A stretch of DNA of 58,748 nucleotides, taken from sequence record SRR22947727_255. One strand, written 5' to 3'. The translations under genes and the position numbers were made by a program. Position 1 is the stretch's first letter, and each line of letters starts with the position of its first letter. Shown piece after piece: positions 28,703-38,001 of this stretch. The notes beneath the pieces are model-generated. The model saw only the letters and a list, made by a program, of their open reading frames with translations, was not told the DNA's origin and did no database searches.

Positions 28703-29697
28703 TGACAAATATTGCATATGAGTTAGGAAACCAAGTTCAAGAAAAACTAGAAACTTCAGGGGGAATAAGTTCTATAACCTATGAATCTCTCTTAGTTATG
28801 GGAATGGGGGGATCTGGAGTTTCGGGAGATGTTCTAAAATTATTATCTGACACAGTGACTTCTACCGAAGTAACAGTTATTAAGAATTACAATATTCCTA
28901 ACAACTTGATAGAAAAAAAACCATTTTGTTTGTTTATCTCATATTCAGGCAACACAGAAGAAACCTTATCTGGATTAAATGAGGCTATTAAAAATAATTT
29001 TGATTGGGCTGTAATTTCAAGCGGAGGAAAATTAATAGAAAAAGCAAAAAATAATAACAAAGAATTTATTCAAATACCATCAGGACTCCAACCACGTGCA
29101 GCTTTTGGGTATCTCGCCCAGGCAGTGTGTTTGTTTTTAGACAATAATGAAAATACAAACTTTACTTCAAAGATACGAGAATCTGGAACACACTTGAATG
29201 AATTACTCTCTGATTCTGAAGATTCTGAAATTGAGCACCTTGCTAGTTCATATGCCAAGCAGATTATGAATAAAACATGCATTATATATGGAGGAACTGG
29301 ATTAACTGAGCTAGTTAGTTCAAGATGGAAAACGCAAATTAATGAGAATTCAAAGGCCAAAGCCTTCATTGGTTCGATGCCGGAAGTGCACCATAATGAA
29401 ATTCTTTCATGGCAAGCTGATAAAGATGGGAGTATGGAAAATTTTATTTTAATTTTTCTAAGAAGCCCATTTGAACATCCTCAAATCAAGAAAAGATTTG
29501 AGTTATCAGAAAAATTATTGGGTGACAAAGTTCAAATTTTGAATATTTTCACAAAAGAGTCGAAAGATGAACTAAAAATATTAATGGAACTAGTATTACT
29601 TGGAGATTTAACAAGTATCCATTTGGCTGATAATTTAAATATGAGGCCAGAGGATATAGACACAATAGAAGAACTAAAAAAACTACTGAAGGGATAA
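28702..29697 (+). CDS. Bifunctional phosphoglucose/phosphomannose isomerase
   Basis: GMGGSG, SYSGNTEET, QPRAA, RWKTQINENSK, PEVHHNE. Confidence 0.92.
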   Translation: MTNIAYELGNQVQEKLETSGGISSITYESLLVMGMGGSGVSGDVLKLLSDTVTSTEVTVIKNYNIPNNLIEKKPFCLFISYSGNTEETLSGLNEAIKNNFDWAVISSGGKLIEKAKNNNKEFIQIPSGLQPRAAFGYLAQAVCLFLDNNENTNFTSKIRESGTHLNELLSDSEDSEIEHLASSYAKQIMNKTCIIYGGTGLTELVSSRWKTQINENSKAKAFIGSMPEVHHNEILSWQADKDGSMENFILIFLRSPFEHPQIKKRFELSEKLLGDKVQILNIFTKESKDELKILMELVLLGDLTSIHLADNLNMRPEDIDTIEELKKLLKG

Positions 29698-29699
29698 TA

Positions 29700-30944
29700 A
29701 TGTCATCAATAAAAGATACTAAATTGGCGCAAGAAGGAAGCCAAGAAGTTGATTGGGCTGCAAGACAAATGAAAGTCTTAGAAGATATAAAAACAGAATT
29801 TTCTCAAAGCAAACCATTAGAGGGATTAAATATAGGTGCGTGTATGCATGTTACAAAAGAGACTGCAAATTTGATGTTAACCCTTAAAGCAGCAGGGGCA
29901 AATGTAGCACTATGTGCTTCCAACCCACTTTCAACAAAAGATTCAGTCGCGGCATTTCTTGCAGAAAGCGATGTAGAGGTCCATGCGATTCATGGTGTCT
30001 CTAATGATGAGTTTTTTACACACTTAAATGCAGTTCTAGATACGAAACCAGATATCACTATGGATGATGGAGCTGACTTAGTTTCATTGTTGCATACTGA
30101 AAGGGCAGATTTACCTGTAATGGGGTCTATGGAAGAGACGACAACTGGAGTTATAAGGTTGAAGTCTATGGAGAAAAATAATAAATTAAGATTTCCAGTC
30201 GTTGCAGTAAACGACTCTGATACAAAACACCTTTTCGATAATCGATTTGGAACTGGGCAAAGTGCTATGGACGGGGTAGTGAGAGCTACAGATCTATTAA
30301 TTGCTGGCTTAAATGTTGTTGTTATTGGTTTTGGTGACTGTGGAAAAGGTGTAGCTGAAAGAGCTTATGGTATGGGTGCAAAAGTAACAGTTGTAGAACC
30401 TAATTCAGTTAGAGCACTAGAAGCTTTAATGCATGGTTATGAAGTTAAAACAAGTATTAATGCTGCCAAAATTGCAGATGTAATCATTTCAGTTACGGGA
30501 AATATGCACGCACTAGATAAGCAACATTTTGATGTAATGAAAGATGGTGTTGCTCTAGCTAATGCAGGTCATTTTGATGTAGAGATTAACCTTGCAGCAT
30601 TAAAAGAAAACAGTACTCAAGTTGATAGAGTTAGAGAACATGTCGAAAGCTATAAATATGATGGAAAAGAAATACTTATCTTAGCTGAGGGAAGATTAGT
30701 TAACCTTGCCGCTGCAACAGGCCACCCTGCTTCAGTAATGGATATGTCTTTTGCTAATCAGGCACTTGCTGCAGAATGGATAAAAGACAACTACAAAGAA
30801 TTAGAGCCGAAAGTTTACACTCTCCCTAGCGAAGTAGATTTAAAAATTGCCGCAACGAAACTAGGACTCATGGGCGGAGAATTAGAAATTCTCACTGAAG
30901 AGCAGGTCAATTATCTTGATTCCTGGGAGCATGGCACCAGCTAA
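29700..30944 (+). CDS. ahcY: Adenosylhomocysteinase
   Basis: SNPLST, EETTTG, KHLFDNRFGTG, GHFDVE, GRLVNL, GHPASVMD. Confidence 0.97.
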   Translation: MSSIKDTKLAQEGSQEVDWAARQMKVLEDIKTEFSQSKPLEGLNIGACMHVTKETANLMLTLKAAGANVALCASNPLSTKDSVAAFLAESDVEVHAIHGVSNDEFFTHLNAVLDTKPDITMDDGADLVSLLHTERADLPVMGSMEETTTGVIRLKSMEKNNKLRFPVVAVNDSDTKHLFDNRFGTGQSAMDGVVRATDLLIAGLNVVVIGFGDCGKGVAERAYGMGAKVTVVEPNSVRALEALMHGYEVKTSINAAKIADVIISVTGNMHALDKQHFDVMKDGVALANAGHFDVEINLAALKENSTQVDRVREHVESYKYDGKEILILAEGRLVNLAAATGHPASVMDMSFANQALAAEWIKDNYKELEPKVYTLPSEVDLKIAATKLGLMGGELEILTEEQVNYLDSWEHGTS

Positions 30945-30946
30945 AT

Positions 30947-33559
30947 TTGAGTATTTTTAAAAAAGTCTTATCTGTTGGAAGTGGAAAACTCTCTACTGAG
31001 CTAAATAAAAAAGTAGAAGAGATAAATTCTAAAGAACAAGAGCTTGAACAATTTACCGATGAAGAAATTAAACAGGCTTTTCATGAACTTAAAAAACGTA
31101 TTGGAACGAATGATGTTTACTCACTTGAAGTCGACGCTTTTGCATTAACTCGAGAAGCTGCAAAAAGAACCCTAGGCCAGAGGCATTATGACGTACAGTT
31201 ATTTGGTGGAATGGTACTTTTAAGGAATAAGATTGCTGAAATGAAAACTGGTGAAGGCAAAACCTTAGTTTCTACATTACCTATCGCTCTGAGAGCACTT
31301 TATGGTAAGGGCGTTCATGTTGTAACTGTAAATGACTACCTAGCAAAAAGGGATGCAGAATGGATGACTCCTATTTATAACTTTCTTGGTTTAGAAGTTG
31401 GACTTGTTTATGCAAATCAAGAATATGAAGAAAAAAGAGCGGCATATCGGAAAGACATAACTTACGGTACAAATAATGAATTTGGTTTTGATTATCTAAG
31501 AGACAATATGGCTCAAACAAAAGAACAACTTACACAAAGTAACCTTTTTTATTCTGTAATTGATGAAGTTGATTCAATTTTAGTAGATGAAGCAAGGACA
31601 CCATTAATAATTTCAGGTCGTGTTGAAGAGTCTACCAAATGGTATATCCAATTTTCAAAACTAGTAAAAGGGATGAAACAAGATGTTCATTACGAAATTG
31701 AAGAAAGTAAAAAGCAAATTCATCCAACTGAAATTGGAATTGAGTTGGTAGAGAAACAACTTGGAATTAATAATTTATACGAATACACAGAAACAAACTT
31801 TATACATTACTTAACGGCCTCGTTAAGAGCAAAAGCAATCTATGCAAAAGATGTTGATTACATCGTCGAGGACGGACAACTTAAAATTGTAGATGAATTT
31901 ACCGGAAGGGTTCTTGAGGGTAGACGGTACTCAGATGGCTTACATCAAGCACTTGAGGCAAAAGAAGGTTTACAAATTCAAGATGAAAATCAAACACTAG
32001 CATCAATAACATACCAAAACTACTTTAGAATGTACGAAAATCTTTCTGGTATGACGGGTACAGCTAAAACTGAAGAAGATGAGCTTATTCAAATTTACAA
32101 TCTTGAAGTCATTGATATTCCAACAAATGTTCCAATTGCAAGAGACGATAAACAAGATGCTGTTTATAAAACAAGAAAAGCGAAAATTAATGCTGTAATT
32201 GAGGATATAAACGATAGGAATAAAGAAGGTCAACCAATACTGCTTGGGACAGTCTCGGTTGAGTCTTCAGAAGAACTTTCAAAAGCGTTGACAAATAAAG
32301 GGATTAAGCACTCTGTCTTAAATGCTAAAAATCATGAACAAGAAGCATCTATAGTAGCTCAGGCTGGTCGTTTAGGTTCAGTAACTGTTGCAACAAATAT
32401 GGCTGGAAGAGGTGTCGATATAAAACTTGGTGGAAATCCTGAAGAGATGGCATTTTTAACAGCAAAAAATGAAAATAAACTCGAAGATGATAAATATCTC
32501 CAACAAAAGACTGATGAATATGAAAAACAAAGTATTGAAGAAAAAAATAAAGTACTGAGTTTAGGAGGTTTGTATGTTTTGGGAACAGAAAGACATGAGT
32601 CTCGTAGAATTGATAACCAATTAAGAGGGAGGTCGGGCAGGCAAGGAGATCCCGGAGAATCAAGATTTTACATTAGCCTCGAAGATGACTTAATGAGAAG
32701 ATTTCAAGGTGAGAGAATTCAATCGATTATGGACAAACTTAACCTACCAGACGAAGAGAGAATTGAGCAAAACATGGTCACAAAAAGTATTGAAAGGGCT
32801 CAAGCTCAAGTTGAGTCTCTAAACTTTGAGATAAGAAAAAATGTTCTCAAATTTGATCAAGTATTGAACCAACAAAGAGAGGTTATATATAAATGGAGAA
32901 GGAATCTATTAACATCGGATGATATATCTGACCTACTAAACGAGTGGTTTCAAGATATAAAAGAAAATGTATCACAAAATGTGGAACTTCATAAAAAATC
33001 ATACGAATCTCTTGAACAATTTAAAGACCAAGTTGACGAGGAGTTAAACGAACTTTTAAGTGAAGATAATAAGAATGAGCTCTTATCAAATTTAAAAATA
33101 GACGACTCATTGAATATAGGGGAAAACCTCGAGGCACTATTTATTAAAAATGAACAAAAGGATAGTATGAATTTTTGGAATCTTGCAAGAGCTGCAGCCC
33201 TATCCTTTATTGACCAAACATGGAAAAATCATTTAAGTGAGATGGATTATCTTAGATCTGGAATAGGACTTAGAGCAATGGGTCAAAGAGATCCATTAGT
33301 TGAGTATCAAAAAGAAGGTTACGATTTATTCGAGGAATTAATTTTTAATGTAAAGACCTCTGTTGTTAGGCTATTACTTAACTTTGATGGGATAGGAGTC
33401 AGCAGTGCTCAAAAAACCAAAGCTAATCCATCAAATCTTGAGTCAAATGATGAAGGCAGCAAAGATTTTGGTAAGATTGGAAGGAACGACCCTTGTCCAT
33501 GTGGATCGGGAAAAAAATATAAAAAGTGTAAGATGGTTAATTTATGTTCAAAGAATTAG
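30947..33559 (+). CDS. secA: Preprotein translocase SecA
   Basis: MKTGEGKT, DEVDSILVDEARTP, ATNMAGRG, GRNDPCPCGSGKKYKKC. Confidence 0.98.
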   Translation: MSIFKKVLSVGSGKLSTELNKKVEEINSKEQELEQFTDEEIKQAFHELKKRIGTNDVYSLEVDAFALTREAAKRTLGQRHYDVQLFGGMVLLRNKIAEMKTGEGKTLVSTLPIALRALYGKGVHVVTVNDYLAKRDAEWMTPIYNFLGLEVGLVYANQEYEEKRAAYRKDITYGTNNEFGFDYLRDNMAQTKEQLTQSNLFYSVIDEVDSILVDEARTPLIISGRVEESTKWYIQFSKLVKGMKQDVHYEIEESKKQIHPTEIGIELVEKQLGINNLYEYTETNFIHYLTASLRAKAIYAKDVDYIVEDGQLKIVDEFTGRVLEGRRYSDGLHQALEAKEGLQIQDENQTLASITYQNYFRMYENLSGMTGTAKTEEDELIQIYNLEVIDIPTNVPIARDDKQDAVYKTRKAKINAVIEDINDRNKEGQPILLGTVSVESSEELSKALTNKGIKHSVLNAKNHEQEASIVAQAGRLGSVTVATNMAGRGVDIKLGGNPEEMAFLTAKNENKLEDDKYLQQKTDEYEKQSIEEKNKVLSLGGLYVLGTERHESRRIDNQLRGRSGRQGDPGESRFYISLEDDLMRRFQGERIQSIMDKLNLPDEERIEQNMVTKSIERAQAQVESLNFEIRKNVLKFDQVLNQQREVIYKWRRNLLTSDDISDLLNEWFQDIKENVSQNVELHKKSYESLEQFKDQVDEELNELLSEDNKNELLSNLKIDDSLNIGENLEALFIKNEQKDSMNFWNLARAAALSFIDQTWKNHLSEMDYLRSGIGLRAMGQRDPLVEYQKEGYDLFEELIFNVKTSVVRLLLNFDGIGVSSAQKTKANPSNLESNDEGSKDFGKIGRNDPCPCGSGKKYKKCKMVNLCSKN

Positions 33560-34648
33560 TTACTTCAATAGAGGCATTAGTTGAAAGACTTTCTTCTGCT
33601 AAGGAGTATCTTTGACTTCGAAGCTAAAGAAAAAAAATTAGAACTCCTTAATAGCCAGATGGCTGATACTGGTTTCTGGTCAGACAACACCAAAGCAAAG
33701 GCAATTACAAAGGAAGCTGCTGCTTGTGAAAAAATTTTAAACCTTCTTTTAACCCTAGATACAGAGATAGTTGATTTACAAGAATTACTTAATCTTAGTA
33801 AAGAAGAAGATGATGTACTTAAAGATATTCAAAAACAAGTTAAAAGCTTTGAAGAGAAACTAGTTAATTTAGAAGAGGAATCTTTTTATGGCGGAGAATA
33901 CGATGATTTAAATGCAATGATCTCAATTAATGCAGGGGCCGGAGGGGTAGATGCAAATGATTGGGCTCAGATACTATACAGAATGTATACACGATATTTT
34001 GATGACAATGGCATGGAGTATACAATCGAAGAACTTTCAAATGCGGAAGAAGCAGGTATAAAATCAGTCTCAATTACGGTTTCCTCATACAGAGCATATG
34101 CAACCTTAGAGAGTGAAAGAGGAGTGCATAGGCTTGTCCGCATAAGTCCATTTGATAGTAATAAAAGGAGACACACTAGTTTTGCTGGTGTTGACGTAAT
34201 CCCACTTATCGAGAATTCGGATGAAGTCGAAATAAAAGATGATGAAATAAGAATAGATGTATATAGAGCTTCCGGAGCTGGAGGCCAACATGTAAACACA
34301 ACGGATTCAGCAGTAAGAATAACTCATCTTCCAACAGGATTAGTAGTCTCATGCCAGGCTGAGCGATCACAACTTCAAAATAAAACAAGAGCTTTGGAGT
34401 TGCTAAGAACAAAAATCGCACTCAAAGAAAAAGAAGACCAAATGAAGGAACTTAATTCGATAAGAGGAGATCAAGTTGAGGCAGGATGGGGAAGGCAAAT
34501 TAGATCGTATGTAATGCAGCCGTATCAACAAGTTAAAGATTCTAGGACAAACACAGAAGTAGGGAATATCCAAGCTGTTTTAGATGGAGAAATTAACATA
34601 TTTATTAAAGACTATCTAAAATGGCGTAGACGGGGATTAAATGATTAA
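33544..34648 (+). CDS. prfB: Peptide chain release factor 2 with programmed +1 frameshift at 33610-33616 (about 367 aa)
   Basis: Frame 0 reads MFKELVTSIEALVERLSSAKEYL, then AAGGAG-TAT-CTT-TGA-C. The +1 frame carries the SPF and GGQ motifs. Confidence 0.97.
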
Positions 34649-35318
34649 ATTAGAAAATGTATCGCTAGTTTTTCAAGGTGGAAGCGTTGCTTTATCAAAT
34701 ATTTCCACAGAAATAAAAGAAGGAGACTTTGTATACCTCATAGGGCATTCAGGAAGTGGTAAATCTTCCTTTTTAAAACTTTTATATAGAGATATGTACC
34801 CAACTAAAGGGATAATTGACGTAGTAGATATGGAGGTCTCTTCACTACCTAAATGGAAAATCCCAGTATTAAGACGAAAACTTGGAATAGTAACACAAGA
34901 ACCACAGTTACTTGAAGATAGAACTACATTTGAAAATATTAGTTTTGCACTTGAAGTATTAGGGTATGATGCAGCTGAGATAGATGCAAAGACCAGCACT
35001 CTTATTGATTTAGTAGAGCTTCAAGATAATGCATATAAATTTCCATATCAACTTTCTGGTGGAGAACAGACAAGAGTTGCTATAGCAAGGGCTTTAGCAA
35101 GCAATCCATTAGTTCTTCTCTGTGATGAGCCAACAGGTAATTTAGATCCAGATCTTAGTATCCAGATAGTGTCGTTACTTGAAAAAATCAATAGGGCAGG
35201 GACAACCATTTTAATGGCTACTCATGACTCTTCTATTGTGAATAGAAGAAAAAAGAGAGTATTAGAGCTTTCTGATGGGAAGCTGATCAGAGACGAAACA
35301 GAGGGCACTTATGTTTAG
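34641..35318 (+). CDS. ftsE: Cell division ATPase FtsE
   Basis: GHSGSGKS, LSGGEQ, DEPTGNLDP; adjacent to ftsX. Confidence 0.93.
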   Translation: MIKLENVSLVFQGGSVALSNISTEIKEGDFVYLIGHSGSGKSSFLKLLYRDMYPTKGIIDVVDMEVSSLPKWKIPVLRRKLGIVTQEPQLLEDRTTFENISFALEVLGYDAAEIDAKTSTLIDLVELQDNAYKFPYQLSGGEQTRVAIARALASNPLVLLCDEPTGNLDPDLSIQIVSLLEKINRAGTTILMATHDSSIVNRRKKRVLELSDGKLIRDETEGTYV

Positions 35319-35326
35319 GGAGTCTG

Positions 35327-36202
35327 ATGAATAAGTTATCTTATGTAATTAAAAATACCTTTATAAATATGAGAAGGAATCCACTTTTAGTTGTAGCTAC
35401 AGTCTTGGCAGTCTTGGTGTCCAGTTTCTTAGTTTTTACAACCTTGTCTGGAAGAGCGGTTGTAGAAAATAATACATCCAGATGGCAAAATGGTGTACAT
35501 GTCGTAATTTTTCTTGATGACAGAGTTACAACAACTGCACATAAGCAACTTCAAGAGTCGTTAGAAAGCTATCCAGAGGTGAGAATGGTTGATTATTTTT
35601 CAAAAGATGAGGCAGCAGAAGAATTTAAAATTCTTTTCAAAGATCAACCTGAATTAGTTCAAGAAGTCGACTTTGATATACTCCCCTCATCTCTAAGGGT
35701 GAACTTAAATAATCCGTCTGACTATACCCTGATTATCGAAAGAATGGAAGGGAATCCAGCGGTTAAAGAGATTAGGGCTTCAGGAGAAGCGATTGAAAGA
35801 TTATTAAGTCTTACAAACACTTTAGTTTTAGCTGCAACAGTTTTTGCTATATTAATTGCCTTTGCTGCATTTATATTAATTATCAATACGCTAAGACTTA
35901 CTGCTTTTGCTAAACGGAAAGAGATCAAAGTTATGAAGTTAATTGGGGCTTCCTCAACATATATTCGTCTACCGTTTATGTTTGAAGCTATTTTTGAGTC
36001 TTTACTGGGCACAAGCATTGCAGTTGGGCTTGGTTGGGGATTTATACAGTACTCAAAGGATTCAGTAGTAGCAGAGAGTATATTTGATATAACAATCTCT
36101 GATACATATTTAATCAACCTCACCCTTGGACTCATACTTACATCAATCATTTTTGGTTTTTTTGCAAGCTACGTAGGCATAAGAAAAGCACTCAATGAAT
36201 AA
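35327..36202 (+). CDS. ftsX: Cell division permease FtsX
   Basis: NTLRL...EIKVMKLIGA...IRLPF motif, four TM. Confidence 0.92.
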   Translation: MNKLSYVIKNTFINMRRNPLLVVATVLAVLVSSFLVFTTLSGRAVVENNTSRWQNGVHVVIFLDDRVTTTAHKQLQESLESYPEVRMVDYFSKDEAAEEFKILFKDQPELVQEVDFDILPSSLRVNLNNPSDYTLIIERMEGNPAVKEIRASGEAIERLLSLTNTLVLAATVFAILIAFAAFILIINTLRLTAFAKRKEIKVMKLIGASSTYIRLPFMFEAIFESLLGTSIAVGLGWGFIQYSKDSVVAESIFDITISDTYLINLTLGLILTSIIFGFFASYVGIRKALNE

Positions 36203-37568
36203 GAAATGGATAGCCACTTTATTAATTGGTGTTTTCTTATTTCAAACTCTTTCTTTAGAAAGCTTAAATGCCATAACAGCTGAGGAGCGCCTAGAAGAAG
36301 TTGAGAAACAACTACAGGCCGTTGCTAATCAGATTAACCAGTATGAAGGTGAAAAAACAGATTTGGAAAAAGCTATCATCTCAAACGACTCAGCATTGAG
36401 ACAGGTTAATAGAGAACTCTCGGAAGTGCAAAGTAGACTTATAATTGCTGAAAAGGCTTTAGCTGATGCAATCGCTGGGTACGATACGTCATTAGACAAC
36501 TTAGCTCTAGTTCAGCAAAATATCGTCCAGGAACAAACAAAATTAGGGAAAATCAAATCAGAAATCACCAACGTCAAAGATGAGTTATTTGCTACGCAGA
36601 TTGAATTAAATGATGCCAGAGAGGGACTCCAAGAACAAGCTCTAACTTTATACATAAATGGTGTCATGAGTCCAACTACAGCATTGTTTATTGATTTAGA
36701 TGAGCTATCAGATTTTTTAGCTGCTTTAGGATATGCATCATCAGTAGTTGACTCAGCATACAAAATTGTTGAAACCTTAAATGTTTTAGAAAACTTAGCA
36801 CAAACGCAGACATCATTTTTAACAGATAGAGAAACAGATAGACAAGATATTATTAACAATCTTCAAGTTGAAGAGGAGAAAAAAACAGATATATCTATTG
36901 AAGCTGAAGAGTATGCGGACGAAGTAGAGGCAAGTAAAGATCTTGTAGAGTCAGAAAAGAAAAAAGTTGAATCTAAAAAGTCACAAGTTTTATCTGAAAG
37001 AAGAAATGCACAAAATCTATTAGCTCAAGCTAATAAACAACTTGAACTTTTAGATAAAGAACATGCAGATCTTGAAAAGCTTGAAGACGCAATTCAAGCT
37101 GACATTGAGAGACTAAGTACACTTGGTGGACCTGCACCAGATGAATTGACTTGGCCAATTACTGGTAGCTACGTATCAAGTGGATATAAGTGGAGAAGAT
37201 TTAGAGGTGTTACTAGCTTTCATGGAGCTATAGATATTCCTGCAAGAACTGGTACACCTATTAAGGCAGCAGCAGGTGGAGTTGTAATCCTTGCTAGATA
37301 CTACGGCCTTGCCGGCAATTCAGTATTTATTGACCATGGTGGAGGAATGACAACTTTGTATTTTCATATGAACAAAATTAATGTATCACCCGGTCAAACA
37401 GTGATAACTGGAGATACCATTGGTCAGGTAGGTAATACTGGTAGGTCTTCTGGACCCCATCTTCATTTCGAGGTGCGACTAAAAGATCCAGGCTCTGTAT
37501 CATGCTCTTTACCATATCTTGATCCTACGAGTAGAGGTAGAATGAATCCCTACTGTTTCTTGCCCTGA
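36195..37568 (+). CDS. Coiled-coil M23 peptidase (EnvC-like partner of FtsEX)
   Basis: Signal peptide, long coiled coil, intact HGAID and HLH zinc ligands. Confidence 0.9.
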   Translation: MNKKWIATLLIGVFLFQTLSLESLNAITAEERLEEVEKQLQAVANQINQYEGEKTDLEKAIISNDSALRQVNRELSEVQSRLIIAEKALADAIAGYDTSLDNLALVQQNIVQEQTKLGKIKSEITNVKDELFATQIELNDAREGLQEQALTLYINGVMSPTTALFIDLDELSDFLAALGYASSVVDSAYKIVETLNVLENLAQTQTSFLTDRETDRQDIINNLQVEEEKKTDISIEAEEYADEVEASKDLVESEKKKVESKKSQVLSERRNAQNLLAQANKQLELLDKEHADLEKLEDAIQADIERLSTLGGPAPDELTWPITGSYVSSGYKWRRFRGVTSFHGAIDIPARTGTPIKAAAGGVVILARYYGLAGNSVFIDHGGGMTTLYFHMNKINVSPGQTVITGDTIGQVGNTGRSSGPHLHFEVRLKDPGSVSCSLPYLDPTSRGRMNPYCFLP

Positions 37569-37569
37569 T

Positions 37570-38001
37570 ATGAAAGTATTTGCAGAAAATAGAAAAGCTA
37601 GAAATTCTTATGAATTTAGTGAATATATTGAGGCAGGGATAGTACTAACTGGGTCAGAGACTAAGAGTATTAGAAATGGAGGAGTTTCAATAGTAGATGC
37701 TTTTGCAATCATAGAGAATGAAGAAGCAATTATTAGAGAAATGAACATTGAGCAGTACAAGTTTTCAAACGAATTAGATTACAATGCAAAATCACCTCGT
37801 AAGTTACTTCTACACAAAAAAGAAATCAAAAGACTGATAGGTCTAACCTCGATTAAGGGTAATACCTTGGTAGCTATGAAAGTTTACGAGAAAAACGGTT
37901 TCATTAAAATTGAGCTCGCCTTAGGTAAGGGCAGAAAAGATTACGACAAGAGGAAAAAGCTTACTGAAAAACAACACAAAAAAGATATGAAGAACTACTA
38001 A
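37570..38001 (+). CDS. smpB: SsrA-binding protein
   Basis: NRKA, EAGIVLTGSETKS, RKLLLHKKEI, GRKDYDKR. Confidence 0.97.
   Translation: MKVFAENRKARNSYEFSEYIEAGIVLTGSETKSIRNGGVSIVDAFAIIENEEAIIREMNIEQYKFSNELDYNAKSPRKLLLHKKEIKRLIGLTSIKGNTLVAMKVYEKNGFIKIELALGKGRKDYDKRKKLTEKQHKKDMKNY

Noticed and set aside
33581-33613. Track start for prfB, and the extended track starts at 12397, 27254, 39566, 39668 and 44057
   Set aside because: These extensions overlap neighbouring genes or promoters. Downstream or frameshifted starts fit the protein families and SD or -10 positions better.
5449-37568. Genome-wide UGA reassignment (genetic code 4 or 25)
   Set aside because: TGA ends normal genes (E2, prpD, cofD, ftsX, M23), acts as the stop in the prfB frameshift site, and Trp is encoded by TGG.
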